Counted from the first letter of the stretch, positions 1-10,500 are shown. The stretch is 64,000 bases of DNA from Laspinema palackyanum D2b (GCF_025370835.1 NZ_JAMXFE010000013.1), one strand, 5' to 3'. The notes: generated from the sequence alone by a model not told the origin. Translations and numbers: made by a program.

Positions 1-233
1 AAAATCAGGGTGGGCAAGGTCGCGATCCGATAGGTACTTGCAAGCTTTAAGGTTTGATCGGCATTAATTCCGACAATTTTCACCGTTTCGCCCCATTCGG
101 CCTCGAATCCCTTCAAAACCGGGTTAATCAGCAAACAAATACCGCACCACGGTGCCCAAAAATTCACGAGAACAGGAGTGGTAGCTTCTAAAACTTCTTG
201 TTTAAAGGACCTTTCATTAAGAGACAACACCAT
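1..233 (-). CDS. Thioredoxin-family protein, C-terminally truncated by the window edge (start codon complement at 231-233)
   Basis: Reverse translation gives MVLSLNERSFKQEVLEATTPVLVNFWAPWCGICLLINPVLKGFEAEWGETVKIVGINADQ..., with a WCGxC redox motif in the thioredoxin fold position. Confidence 0.8.
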   Translation of the reverse strand, partial: MVLSLNERSFKQEVLEATTPVLVNFWAPWCGICLLINPVLKGFEAEWGETVKIVGINADQTLKLASTYRIATLPTLI

Positions 234-469
234 GAGACCTCTTGATTGAATCGGTTTGGATATCAACACCGGGATCATGGTACATCGATTTGGGATCGTC
301 TGGCTATCCCCCTGAGTAATCAGTTTTCAGTTTTGCCTCCGACCCCGGGCGAAATTCGGCCCTTTTATAAGGTAAAACCCTTTACCCCCAAAGTTTTGAG
401 GGGTTTCATCGTCTAACCTAGGCTGAAAAAGTTACCACAGACCCGTTCAAGATTATCCCTATGCTATGG

Positions 470-960
470 CAAGAGTCATTGGTTGTTGGTGGTTGGTCAT
501 TGGTCATTGGTTGTTGGTCATTGGTTGTTTGTTGTTGGTCAGTAGTAATCTCCCCAATCTCCCCAATCTGACAACAGTAGGTTTTTTACGCTTAAGGGAA
601 CCTCTTGTCCCCTCCCCTTGGCAAGGGGAGGGTTAGGGTGGGGTCCTCTCTGACGTGGCGCAAGCCCCGTCAGGATGAATAAGTGGGTTAAAATGTCACG
701 CGCAAGCGCGATCGCCACGTCACGAAGAAAGAGGTTGAACCAACCTCCATACAGGTGCGGTAAGCGGAAGCTCTCCCGTAGGGAATCGCCTCCAAGAGTG
801 CATGACCTGGAGATCGCCCAAGAGGAACCCCACCCTAACCCTCCCCTTGTCAAGGGGAGGGGACCATCAGGTGCAGTGAAGCCTTAAAAACCTACTCTTG
901 TAAGATCTCCCCCATCTCCCCCATCTCCCTGATGTGAGATACCCACCCCACTCCACCTCT
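470..960. repeat. Composite repeat: TTGGTYR heptamer satellite (470-545), CTCCCCAAT/CTCCCCCAT short tandems (545-575, 905-940), and two inverted copies of a G/C hairpin CCCCTCCCCTTGGCAAGGGGAGGG (about 607-645 and 826-862) flanking a ~180 bp core
   Basis: Direct reading; each hairpin is self-complementary and the two copies are in inverted orientation. Confidence 0.6.
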
Positions 961-1538
961 CCCCACTTTCCCGGGTCAGAATTTTATAAAGAGCTAAAAA
1001 TAGAAGATTGTCCTCTGCTGAGATGATGAATTAGAGAAAAATCCCCTCCGTCCCATTCGGGGGAATTTTTCAGTGGATTTCCTCTGTGGAAACCGTATCA
1101 AGGCTATTAAGACCAAAACGGGTTAGGGATTCTGGTGAGGGGAGAGTTGGGTGGAATTAACGTGAATGAGGGAAGTGGCGACGGGATGGATTGAGCATAA
1201 CCTTCCTCCTGCTCGCCTATTTCAGCCCTTATCATAAATCCGGGCAATTTTATCAAGTTTTCTTTTTTCTGAAAGAGAAAGCTTTTAAGGGAGAGGAGGG
1301 AGTGAAGAATCTTTATGAGATGGAGTGACAAGGAGAAAGCCTCTGCTATATAGAGGAGTTACTGGTCTGTCACTGCAAAAATAGCGGTTCAAAGCAAAGG
1401 GCCACGACTTGATAAATTCCTTCGATCGCCCGATCGGCAATGTCCAGTCAAAGTAATTAAATTTTAAAAATAGGTGTTGTATTTTTTAGAAGTTCGTTTA
1501 TAATAATTCTTGTAAGAAGAGTTAGTAAGGAATTAATA

Positions 1539-1934
1539 ATGGCTGAAACAGCAACTGCCCTAAGAGGAAAAGCACTGCTCAAGAAGGCAAAAGAACTCGC
1601 CAACTTACCTCGGCGAGAGTTAGCAAAGGCTTGTGGTTACTATACCACCACAAAAGGTGGGGAAACTCGGGTCAATCTGACTGACTTTTATGATGCACTG
1701 CTCGAAGCCAGAGGCATCGCCTTGGATCCGGAAGCCAAAAAGAGCACTCGTGGCAGAGAAGCAAGCTATCGGGTTTCCGTCCACCAAAATGGTCAACTCG
1801 TGATTGGTTCAACCTACACCCAAGCAATGGGGTTGAAGCCCGGTGACGAGTTTGAAATTAAACTCGGTTACAAGCATATCCATTTAATTCAAGTGGACGA
1901 GTCAGAAAAAGACGGCGAAACCGAAGCGGCTTAA
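1539..1934 (+). CDS. AbrB-family transcriptional regulator (cyanobacterial cyAbrB-like) with a C-terminal SpoVT/AbrB swapped-hairpin domain
   Basis: C-terminal motif LVIGSTYTQAMGLKPGDEFEIKLGYKHIHL is typical of AbrB/MazE. About 130 aa with an N-terminal extension as in cyAbrB. AT-rich upstream region and GGA-rich RBS. Confidence 0.8.
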   Translation: MAETATALRGKALLKKAKELANLPRRELAKACGYYTTTKGGETRVNLTDFYDALLEARGIALDPEAKKSTRGREASYRVSVHQNGQLVIGSTYTQAMGLKPGDEFEIKLGYKHIHLIQVDESEKDGETEAA

Positions 1935-2606
1935 TTCAGAGCATCGGGGGGAGCGATCATTAATATAGAGTCCTTTTTGGGAGTTTCTACTTAAGAAAAT
2001 TAACAGGGTTTCTCTCTCTCAAGACAACCTGTAGAGAGAGAATAAACCTGGAAACAGCGCCAGGACAAGAGGTTCTGACCCGCTGTGCTCTTCAGTAAAA
2101 TCCCCAGGAAAACTTGTTTTTAGCATGGATTAGGGATGGATTTTTCCTGCGGCAAATACGCCAGAAAGGTGTGAAAGCCCTGGATTTTCGCTTAAATATT
2201 CTGAAATGGGTTTGCGAGGAAAGACCCTAACCGATGGGATGCCATCGTTTCCGTGGATGTAATGGAAAAGCCTTTCGCGATCGCGAAAGGCTTCTTTATT
2301 TAAACAGGCAGTTCATGGGGGAATATCCGAGGCGATCGCCGAGGTATCCTCAACCGAGAATCCGGTGGGTGATTTCAGGAAGGATTGACCCTTTGTGGCA
2401 ACATCAAACCCAACCCTTCTAAGAAAAAGAGGTCAAACGCGACTGGCCAAAATCCGGATTTGGTATCCCGTTTTACAGATAAATCTTCAGGGATTTTTAT
2501 CCCAATGGCAGCTCAAGTTACTCCATCCTCAAGAGACGAAAGATCTTCTGCGGTTTCCACAGTCTCAAACCCCACTTTCCCCGGACTCAGATCGGACTTT
2601 TATCGG

Positions 2607-3074
2607 TCAACTGTCGAGAGGATTGCAACGGATCTCGATGATAAACCCATCGGGATCGTAAAAGTAGATCCCGCGTCCCGTGGGACGGGTAACGGGACCG
2701 CTATCGATCGCCACCTGATGCGCTTTAAGTGCCTCAACTGCGCCGTCAAATAACTGCGGATCAATATCGAAGGCGAGATGATTAGCGCGGGTAAAGGCAC
2801 GTTTCGGGTCCGGGTCCGGGGGTAATAAATCCGGTTCGTAAAATAAATCGATAACCGTCCCATCTGGGGTAACAAAATTGGCAACTTTCCCCGTTGCGAC
2901 TAATTCCCGCAACGTGGTGGGAACGGACTCCCCAGTCAGTTCCTGTAACCCGAGGATCCGACCATAAAAATGGCGGGATGCTGCCAAATCCCTGACGTTA
3001 AATGCGATATGGTGAACTTGTCGCAAACTGCCAGGAGCGATCGCAAAAGTTGAAGATTCTAAATTGATTTGCAT
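2607..3074 (-). CDS. VOC/glyoxalase-bleomycin resistance family protein
   Basis: HHIAFNVRDLAASRHFYGRILGL...GIYFYDPDGFIIEI is the glyoxalase/VOC fold signature. Confidence 0.85.
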   Translation of the reverse strand: MQINLESSTFAIAPGSLRQVHHIAFNVRDLAASRHFYGRILGLQELTGESVPTTLRELVATGKVANFVTPDGTVIDLFYEPDLLPPDPDPKRAFTRANHLAFDIDPQLFDGAVEALKAHQVAIDSGPVTRPTGRGIYFYDPDGFIIEIRCNPLDS

Positions 3075-3243
3075 GATATGGACTCATTTGAGAGGGTAAT
3101 CCCGGTGGAAATTTCTCAGGACATTTTCGAGGAATCCCGGATGGATTGGAGTAGTTTATCGCGAGAATTTTTGCCAGAAGTGGTGCGATCGCCCCGGGGA
3201 TAAATGCGATCGCATCCGGGTCTGGATAGGCGATGAGATATCT

Positions 3244-4005
3244 CTACAAGTCGTCGGGATTAATTCCCATAGCGCGGAGGCGATCGGCGATCGCCTGGGA
3301 TTTCTGGCGTTCTCGTTCCAGTTCAGATTCCGCTTGTTGTGCCCGTTCTTCGGCCTGTCGCGCCCGTTCTTCTGCCTGTAGCGCCCGTTCCTCTAGTTCC
3401 AACGTGGTGAGAAACGGTTCGCCATCGGGACGGTACAGTTGCAATCCCGCCTCCGCCATTTGAAAGCGCACCCCGAGGCGAGGACTCACCCATCCGTCCA
3501 TTTCTTCGATTGGGTGTAAACTGTCTTCTGCCTTGCACCATCCCGCTAAATCCAGTAAATCGGGATGATAGAGATAGTATTCTTCAACGCCATAGTTCTG
3601 ATAAAACGCCAATTTCTTGGCCATTTCCGAGGGACGGTTCCCCGGAGACCAAATTTCAAACACCACTTGTGGGGGGATATTCTCTTCCTTCCACTGTTGG
3701 TAAGACCCCCGATAGCCTTTCGTTCGTCCGAATGCTACCATCACATCCGGCGCTTGTCTGAGCTTGTTATTGCCTTCAACGGGATACCACAATAAATCTC
3801 CGGCGACAAAGACATTCGGATCTTGAGCATAGACTCGTTCTAAATTTTCTTTAATCCAGACGATCAGCGCAAATTGTTGGGTATTGTCTGCCATCGGTTC
3901 ACCATCACTGTCGGGGTAGATCAGGGTTGCCTGGGGTTCAGGCGATCGCACTTCTATAACCATAGCCTTTTCTCCGTGGGATTGTGCTAGACTTAATTTT
4001 AGCAA
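3244..4005 (-). CDS. Uma2-family (DUF820) putative restriction-endonuclease-like protein. An alternative start at 3963 (MVIEV...) is possible.
   Basis: PDSDGEPMADNTQQF...VFVAGDLLWYP...PDVMVAF is typical of the cyanobacterial Uma2 family. The C-terminus is a coiled coil with ERA(R/Q)QAE repeats. Confidence 0.8.
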   Translation of the reverse strand: MLKLSLAQSHGEKAMVIEVRSPEPQATLIYPDSDGEPMADNTQQFALIVWIKENLERVYAQDPNVFVAGDLLWYPVEGNNKLRQAPDVMVAFGRTKGYRGSYQQWKEENIPPQVVFEIWSPGNRPSEMAKKLAFYQNYGVEEYYLYHPDLLDLAGWCKAEDSLHPIEEMDGWVSPRLGVRFQMAEAGLQLYRPDGEPFLTTLELEERALQAEERARQAEERAQQAESELERERQKSQAIADRLRAMGINPDDL

Positions 4006-4038
4006 GATAAACGTGCGATCGCCGGATGAACCCCCGCA

Positions 4039-5352
4039 TCACTTCCCGAGTTTTTGCCAGAGGGAGAGGGCTACAAAAGTGACTAAACTGGCAACCCCTC
4101 CGCAAATTAAACTTAATAATAAGACCCCACTCAAACCTGAATTTGTCCCCGGGTTCACGGAGGAAACAGGAGGATTCATCGAAGAAGCGACGGCTACTAT
4201 ACAACCTGTCGCCACACCGACTCCCGCGATCGCCACTGCGGTTTTAACGGTGCGATCGCGCTGGGCCTGACAAATTTCCACCTGACCCTGAATCATCTGG
4301 GTTAGATGTTGTATCCGTTCCAAATTTGAGCGGAATGCATTGATATCCCCTTGCACTCTAGGGAGGTAAGTTTGTTTGACGGAGGCGCTGAATTGTTTTA
4401 AAAAGGTGAGGTCTGTTAACCCTAAACCATCAGCATCTTGTTCTAACTGATGGCAGTATTGCTCATAATTTTCAAGATGGATTTCCATCCAATTGAAATA
4501 GCTCTCTAACGTCGTGAATCCGGTGATTAATCCCGAGAGAGCATCCCTAGTGGTTTTGAGGTGATAGAGACTTAGGTGAGAATAATCAGCGATCGCCTCA
4601 ATCTGGTGATATTTGTCGATTAGCTGTTGTTTGAGCCGTTGACTTTGGCCGTGGGCCCAAACAATTTGATGCCGAGATAATAAAACTTGTTGCCATTGTT
4701 CATAAAATCCCCATCCCGCTTGAAACATTTCGCGATCGGGATACAGAAGCAGGAGTAAATAACTATTGCCTTCAATCGTCGCCCCAGTGTTGTCCCCAGA
4801 TGTCCGCCAAAACTCATGCAGTTTCACCCCCACATAGTCTCCTGTTGCTCGATGATGCCATCCTTCCGGAGAGATTAAGGTTTTATAGCTCTCTTCGGCC
4901 AGCTTTTCGATTTGAGTGGAATTGCCATGTTCCCAAACTCCTGAAATTAGCCAAGTTTGTCCTAAATTATCGGGGGAATAGGGGTTAGGGGTTAGGGGTT
5001 TTAGGGTACTCAGCAGACTCTGAATTTGATGGGCGTTATATCTTTCCTGAACTGAACCATCAAAGATTAAGGCATAAGTCTGATGGAGACTACGCCGCAG
5101 ATAGCGTCCGAGGATGGTGTGGTTATGTAGGGTTCCTTTAAATTTTAAATCGGCGGTGGGTTGGGACTGGATCGCGAGGAAAGTTTCCTGACAATCCGGG
5201 GCGATCGCATCGGGGATTAATCGAGAAATATCCCCCACTATTTTTTCTAAAACTGAGTGATAATTCCGTTGACTGCTTTCTAGGCTGATGCCTAACCCTT
5301 CTTTGAGATGGTAACTAAATAAATATAAGTTAGGAGCGTTGATTTCTAGCAT
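4039..5352 (-). CDS. Hypothetical protein (437 aa) with two C-terminal transmembrane helices; no recognisable domain
   Basis: Long ORF with good codon structure. C-terminus AVAIAGVGVATGCIVAVA...LLLSLICGGVASLVTFVALSL is hydrophobic. Confidence 0.6.
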   Translation of the reverse strand: MLEINAPNLYLFSYHLKEGLGISLESSQRNYHSVLEKIVGDISRLIPDAIAPDCQETFLAIQSQPTADLKFKGTLHNHTILGRYLRRSLHQTYALIFDGSVQERYNAHQIQSLLSTLKPLTPNPYSPDNLGQTWLISGVWEHGNSTQIEKLAEESYKTLISPEGWHHRATGDYVGVKLHEFWRTSGDNTGATIEGNSYLLLLLYPDREMFQAGWGFYEQWQQVLLSRHQIVWAHGQSQRLKQQLIDKYHQIEAIADYSHLSLYHLKTTRDALSGLITGFTTLESYFNWMEIHLENYEQYCHQLEQDADGLGLTDLTFLKQFSASVKQTYLPRVQGDINAFRSNLERIQHLTQMIQGQVEICQAQRDRTVKTAVAIAGVGVATGCIVAVASSMNPPVSSVNPGTNSGLSGVLLLSLICGGVASLVTFVALSLWQKLGK

Positions 5353-5604
5353 GAATTTGGGGGCAGGTCAGATCTAATCGAAAAGACGCATTTAATTGTA
5401 CCGCATATTTGAGGGGTGCTTTAATATACCTTTAGGAAAATTAACAGAGATTAAGGTTTAAATCGGGTTTGGGTTGCAGGGCGATCGGTGTTAGGGAAGG
5501 GGGTAAAATATTTATTGTGAGATAGGGGTGCAGAGAAGAAATTTGGAGGGATAACGTAGTCGGGTTTGGAGTCACTTTGTATTGGAAACCGGATTAAATG
5601 GAAG

Positions 5605-5841
5605 AAACGACTGAAGTCGTTACTATGAACGGGGGATAACGACTGAAGTCGTTACTACGAACGGGGGATAACGACTGAAGTTGTTACTACGAACGGGGGA
5701 TAACGACTGAAGTCGTTACTACGAACGGGGGATAACGACTGAAGTCGTTACTACGAACACTCCCCATCTCCCCCATCTCCCCCATCTTCCCCATCTTCCC
5801 CATCTTCCCCATCTTCCCCATCTTCCCCATCTTCCCCATCC
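5605..5841. repeat. Five tandem 32-bp units containing the hairpin AACGACTGAAGTCGTT (GGGGGATAACGACTGAAGTCGTTACTACGAAC), followed by a CCCCATCT(T) satellite
   Basis: Direct reading. Same family as 28541-28932, 37214-37680 and 55313-55490. Confidence 0.85.
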
Positions 5842-6166
5842 ATGACAAAAATCGGGGCAGTTTCCGGACTCAGGGGGTTTGCGGTTGAAACAAGCGCACC
5901 AAGGTTCTGTTTAGGGGTTTTGCGGTGCTCATGAATTGATTGATAGGCTAGGGCAAGTCCCTCATCCCTGGAAAAAATTTCTAGCAAATTGTTGTCCAGC
6001 GATCGCCCGGGTGGGGTATCCGGTGTGGTATCCTAGCAAGATTCGTGGGGCAGCAGTTGGATTGCCCCGGGCAAAACTTGAAAGACTCTCATCGCGTTGA
6101 TTGATTTAAACTGAATTGTATTTTATTGTCGATGTCCTGTTCATTACAGCAGTTTGAGGTAATCCC

Positions 6167-7048
6167 ATGACCTTCATTGCCACAATCCTCACCAGTTTAC
6201 TCTCAATTCTGGTGGTTCTTGTCGGGCCGAAGTTTTCGGATGAGAAACATCGCAATACAGTGCGCGCTGTGGCCCTGTTAATCGGCATTTTGGCCGCGAC
6301 AGCTTCCTTGTTGAAAACCTTTACGATTATCCCATCGGGCAAGGTTGGGGTGATCGAGGTGTTTGGGAAGGTAGACCCCCAACCCTTGAATCCCGGGGTG
6401 CATTGGGTGAACCCATTTGGAAATGTTTTGAAGTTTTCCACGCGCTTGCGGGATATGCCGGAAAAAATGGCAGCGACCTCCCAAGAAGGGTTAAACTTGG
6501 TGGTAGAGGGGACAATCCAATATCGCTTAGACCCGAATAGTGCAGCGGATCTGTATCAAAATGTGGGGGTTAATGATGGAGAAATCGTGCGATCGCGGTT
6601 TCAAGCGATTATGCGGGAAATTACATCCAGTTATCCCGCTAGAGATATTTACACGGCTAAACGAGAGGAAATCACCCGGCGACTGCGGTTATCCATGCGG
6701 GAGTCTTTAACGCCTCTGGGTTTTATTGTCGAAGAAGCCTTTCTCAAGGATGTGGCGCTACCGGAGAAATTACAAGCTGCCATTGAACAGAAAATGGAGG
6801 TAGAACAGGACAATCAGCGCATGGAGTTGGTGCTAGAAAAAGAGCGCCAAGAAGCGGAAAGAAAGCGCATTGAAGCCTTGGGAATTGCAGAGTATCAACA
6901 AATTATTTCCCCGGGTTTAACGTCGCAATTCTTGCAATGGCGCAATATTGAAGCAACCGATCGCCTTGCTAATTCTAATAACAGTAAGGTGGTGATTATG
7001 GGCGGGTCCGGCAATAATGCGACGACGCCGGTGATTCTGCAACCCTAG
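6167..7048 (+). CDS. SPFH/band-7 (prohibitin-like) membrane protein
   Basis: N-terminal TM helix, then a PSGKVGVIEVFGKV...LNLVVEGTIQYRL SPFH core and a C-terminal coiled coil. Confidence 0.85.
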   Translation: MTFIATILTSLLSILVVLVGPKFSDEKHRNTVRAVALLIGILAATASLLKTFTIIPSGKVGVIEVFGKVDPQPLNPGVHWVNPFGNVLKFSTRLRDMPEKMAATSQEGLNLVVEGTIQYRLDPNSAADLYQNVGVNDGEIVRSRFQAIMREITSSYPARDIYTAKREEITRRLRLSMRESLTPLGFIVEEAFLKDVALPEKLQAAIEQKMEVEQDNQRMELVLEKERQEAERKRIEALGIAEYQQIISPGLTSQFLQWRNIEATDRLANSNNSKVVIMGGSGNNATTPVILQP

Positions 7049-7094
7049 GCGATCGCCCATCCTGCTCTAACCCCCTTTTTCTTAATCTAAACCG

Positions 7095-7283
7095 ATGGCT
7101 GAACCCTCCAAATACTATATTGTCAAGGGCAAAAACGGAACTTGTGAAATTCTCCCCAGCAGCAGCCTGGAAGGGCCGGACCCGCCGGAATTTGGGGAGA
7201 ACTGGGGACCCTTTGAGTCCCGAGAGGAGGCGATCGCCCGTCGGGTGGGTTTGATTCGCGCCGGAAAGTGCCAACCGTTATAA
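7095..7283 (+). CDS. Small hypothetical protein (62 aa)
   Basis: ORF in an intergenic gap with plausible composition; no domain recognised. Confidence 0.35.
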   Translation: MAEPSKYYIVKGKNGTCEILPSSSLEGPDPPEFGENWGPFESREEAIARRVGLIRAGKCQPL

Positions 7284-7350
7284 CCGGGACGGGAGAACCC
7301 ATCGGTGTCATACAGAAATAAGGCACCGATTGATTCCCCTGAATCGGTGA

Positions 7351-10300
7351 CTAGCGGCCCATCTTGACTAAAACCCAGTCACGAGACTCCTCTGCCAGAT
7401 AGAAATCCGGTTGAATTTCTAGGGCTTTTTCGTAGGAAGCTAGAGCCTCATCGTACCGTTCAATCGACTCCAGGGCGATTCCCCGTTGAGTCCAGACTAA
7501 GGCATCTTGGGTTTGAGCGGCGATCGCCTGATCAAACGATTCGATCGCCTCACTATAACGCCGGAGTTCATTGAGTGAGATCCCCCGATTCGCCCAGGAT
7601 CGGCCATCCCTTGGATCAAACTTCACCGCTTGATCAAACGAGGTAATTGCCTCTTCATAACGGCGTAGTTCCATTTGTGCCAAACCGCGATCGCGCCAAG
7701 CTAGATGAAAACTCTCCTCAATCGCCAAGGCGCGATCAAACGCCTCGACTGCCTCAAAGTGACGACCCAACCCCAGACTCAGCAAGACGCCGCGATTATG
7801 CCAGCCTTTATAAAACTCCGGTTCGATCGCCAGAGCCTGATCGTAAGCCGCTAACCCTTCCGCAAATTGACCCGCACTATACAACGTCGTTCCCTTAGCA
7901 TTCCAGGCGAGATAGAACTCTGGATTAATTTCCAAAGCGCGATCATACGACGCGATCGCCTCATCCAGACGCTGTAACTGATTGAGTAATCGACCCCGTT
8001 CCAACCAGGCATTCAAATCATCCGGGTTGCTTGCCAACTGGCTATCGTAAGCAGCCAGAGAGCGTTCAAAAGCGAGATCGGCCTCCTGGGGACGTTGCAA
8101 ATAGTCTAACACCAACGCCTTGCGTTCCCACCCTTGGGCGTCATTCGGCTCCTCTTCTAAGGCTTGGTCCAGGGCGGCTAGAGCCTCATCGTAGCGCTGT
8201 AAACTGAGTAATGCAAGGCCCCGACCCTTCAGGGCATTCACATCATTCCGACGAAGTTCTAAAGCGCGATCGTGAGCTGCGATCGCCTCCTCGTAGCGCT
8301 GTAATTGATACAAAGTTTCCCCGCGATTGTTCCAATAGCGGGCATTTTTGGGTTCTAAACGGCTGGCATTGTCATAAGCCACGAGAGCTGAATCATAGCG
8401 ATCGAGCAGATAAAGCGCATCCCCGCGACATTTCCAAGCTAAGGCATGATCCGCCTTAATCCCGATCGCCTGATCGCACTGATCCAGGGCTTCCAGGTAG
8501 TCCTGAGACTCCAAAAGCAGGCTGGCATTGTCGATAAATTGGTCCGAGTCTTGACGCGCTTGACGAGCTTGCTGAGAATTGCTCAGGGCGATCGCCACCC
8601 CTGCCGTTCCCATCAGGGCCACCACGGCCAGAATCGGCCAGGGTTTGGCAAAAGGTAACTTTTTGGAAACTTGGGTCACCCCTGGTACAGCCGCAGCACC
8701 GATGGGAGCCTTCGCTTTATTCGCTTTAACCGGGGCACTCGCCCCTAGGTCTGCCTGGGGCTGTTCTGGGGGGACCTGGGGAGAGACAAAACCCTCCGCC
8801 CCCATCGGCACCGGGACCGACTCTGGAAAAGGGGTCATCACCGGCTCTTGGAGGGCGCGCAAGTCCGCTAACACCTCTTGAGCCGATTCATAGCGCTCAC
8901 GGAAATAAGAGCGCACCATTTTATCCAGAATTGCCCCAAAGCGATCGCTCACCTGAACGTGCTTGCGCCAACTGATTTCTCCCGTATGGGGTTCCGTCCC
9001 CAGATAATCCGGACGCACCCCGGTTAACGCTTGCAGGGCCACTGTCCCCAGAGCGTAGATATCGCTATTCGGGCGGGGATTGCCCACCATTTGCTCCTTC
9101 GGCATATAGCCCGGGGTCCCGATCGCCGTCGAAGTCGTGAGCTGGCCCTGGTCAATGGTCAAGGTGCCAATTTGCTTCACCGCGCCAAAATTGGTCAACA
9201 TCAGCTTACCGTCGGACTGACGCCGGAAGATACTCCAGGGGGTTAAATCCAAATGAATGGCATGATGTTCATGAACGAAGGCCAGAGTTTCTAGGACCTC
9301 TTGTAATAAAGCCACGGCCTCCTTTTCCTCGTACTTTTTGCCCTGGAGTAATTCATGAGAAAGGGACTGTCCCTCAATCTGCTCCTGGACCAAATAAAAG
9401 GCTCCATTTTGCTCAAAATCTGCCAGCAACGTGGGGATGCGGTCATGAGTGCCTAAACGGTGTAACAGTTGCGCTTCTGCATCAAAAAAGCTTTTGGCTT
9501 CCCACCAGGGAAAAGTCTCTTGTTGAACGGGTTTAATTTGCTCCACCGTACACCAGGGCATTTCCTGGCGTTGTAAATCCTCCCCTAAAAAGGTTTTACT
9601 AAAGCGGCGTTCCGCTAACAGACTCACCAATTGATAGCGACCATCGAGCACATTGCCAATTTCATGTAAAGACCGTAAATCAGACAGCACCTCCGTCGCC
9701 TGTTGGTAGCGGTCTTGATAATCTGAGCGCACCATTTTATCCAGAATTTGCGCCAACTTCGGGTTGACCGGGGCCAAATGGTGCCAGATGGTTTGACCCG
9801 TTTTGGGGTCTCGCTCTAACTCCCGGGGGGGGACGCCGGTTAAGGCTTGAATGGCGGTCATACCGAGGGCATAAATATCGCTATTAAAGCGAGGTTTGCC
9901 CCCGAGTTGTTCGATGGGGACATAACCCGGAGTGCCGATCGCCGCTGTCCCAACTTGTCCTTGAGGATTGATAGCTAAGGTTTCGATTTCTTTAAAAGAC
10001 CCAAAATCCACCGGGATAATTTTGCGATCGCCCGTCCGTCGGATTAAATTAGAGGGTTTAATATTGCGATGAATTACCGAGTGCTGATGAATGAACGCTA
10101 ATACTTCCAGGACTTGATGCAATAGCGCCATCACCAAGCCTTCACTCCAGCGGTTGCCTCGGATAATTTCTTGACTGAGGTCTTGACCTGGGATAAATTC
10201 TTCAACAATATAAAATTTTTGCTCCTCCTCAAACCCATCCAAAATTCCCGGAATCAGGGGATGAGCGCTTAATTTTTGCATGACTTCGATTTCTCGTTGC

Positions 10301-10500
10301 AAGCGCCCACGGGCTTCGGTCAGCAGGGTGGGATTGGAAAGATTCGGCTGGAGTTGTTTAATGACACAGGGGCGGGGTTGGTCCGGCTGTTGTCGGTCTT
10401 CAGCCAGATAGAGTTTACCAAAAGCACCTCGTTTAAGGTCTTTGATCAGTTGATAGCGCCCTTGGATGAGCTGTCCGGTCATGGCGTTCATCAGTTGCAT
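7351..10500 (-). CDS. Tandem Ser/Thr protein-kinase-domain protein with a C-terminal TPR array; both kinase domains carry substitutions in catalytic motifs
   Basis: Domain 1 has VIK, HRNIKPSN (HRD Asp replaced by Asn), DFG and GTPGYxPxE. Domain 2 has HLDLTPWS and NFG (DFG Asp replaced by Asn). The TPR consensus (W-LG-Y---A---Y--AL-L-P) repeats about 12 times. Confidence 0.9.
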   Translation of the reverse strand: MQLMNAMTGQLIQGRYQLIKDLKRGAFGKLYLAEDRQQPDQPRPCVIKQLQPNLSNPTLLTEARGRLQREIEVMQKLSAHPLIPGILDGFEEEQKFYIVEEFIPGQDLSQEIIRGNRWSEGLVMALLHQVLEVLAFIHQHSVIHRNIKPSNLIRRTGDRKIIPVDFGSFKEIETLAINPQGQVGTAAIGTPGYVPIEQLGGKPRFNSDIYALGMTAIQALTGVPPRELERDPKTGQTIWHHLAPVNPKLAQILDKMVRSDYQDRYQQATEVLSDLRSLHEIGNVLDGRYQLVSLLAERRFSKTFLGEDLQRQEMPWCTVEQIKPVQQETFPWWEAKSFFDAEAQLLHRLGTHDRIPTLLADFEQNGAFYLVQEQIEGQSLSHELLQGKKYEEKEAVALLQEVLETLAFVHEHHAIHLDLTPWSIFRRQSDGKLMLTNFGAVKQIGTLTIDQGQLTTSTAIGTPGYMPKEQMVGNPRPNSDIYALGTVALQALTGVRPDYLGTEPHTGEISWRKHVQVSDRFGAILDKMVRSYFRERYESAQEVLADLRALQEPVMTPFPESVPVPMGAEGFVSPQVPPEQPQADLGASAPVKANKAKAPIGAAAVPGVTQVSKKLPFAKPWPILAVVALMGTAGVAIALSNSQQARQARQDSDQFIDNASLLLESQDYLEALDQCDQAIGIKADHALAWKCRGDALYLLDRYDSALVAYDNASRLEPKNARYWNNRGETLYQLQRYEEAIAAHDRALELRRNDVNALKGRGLALLSLQRYDEALAALDQALEEEPNDAQGWERKALVLDYLQRPQEADLAFERSLAAYDSQLASNPDDLNAWLERGRLLNQLQRLDEAIASYDRALEINPEFYLAWNAKGTTLYSAGQFAEGLAAYDQALAIEPEFYKGWHNRGVLLSLGLGRHFEAVEAFDRALAIEESFHLAWRDRGLAQMELRRYEEAITSFDQAVKFDPRDGRSWANRGISLNELRRYSEAIESFDQAIAAQTQDALVWTQRGIALESIERYDEALASYEKALEIQPDFYLAEESRDWVLVKMGR

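Noticed and set aside
539-887. ORFs 539..853 (-) and 675..887 (+)
   Set aside because: They span the hairpin/satellite composite element, and their amino-acid sequences are repeat-driven (GEGLGWG, PNPPL). Unlikely genes.
2234-2753. ORFs 2234..2422, 2385..2753 and 2395..2661 downstream of the AbrB gene
   Set aside because: No domain, poor composition, overlap with the well-supported glyoxalase gene on the opposite strand. Region 1960-2600 left unannotated.
5751-5987. ORF encoding GEDGEDGEDG... on the minus strand
   Set aside because: The reading frame is created by the CCCCATCT(T) satellite. No start context or domain; treated as non-coding repeat.
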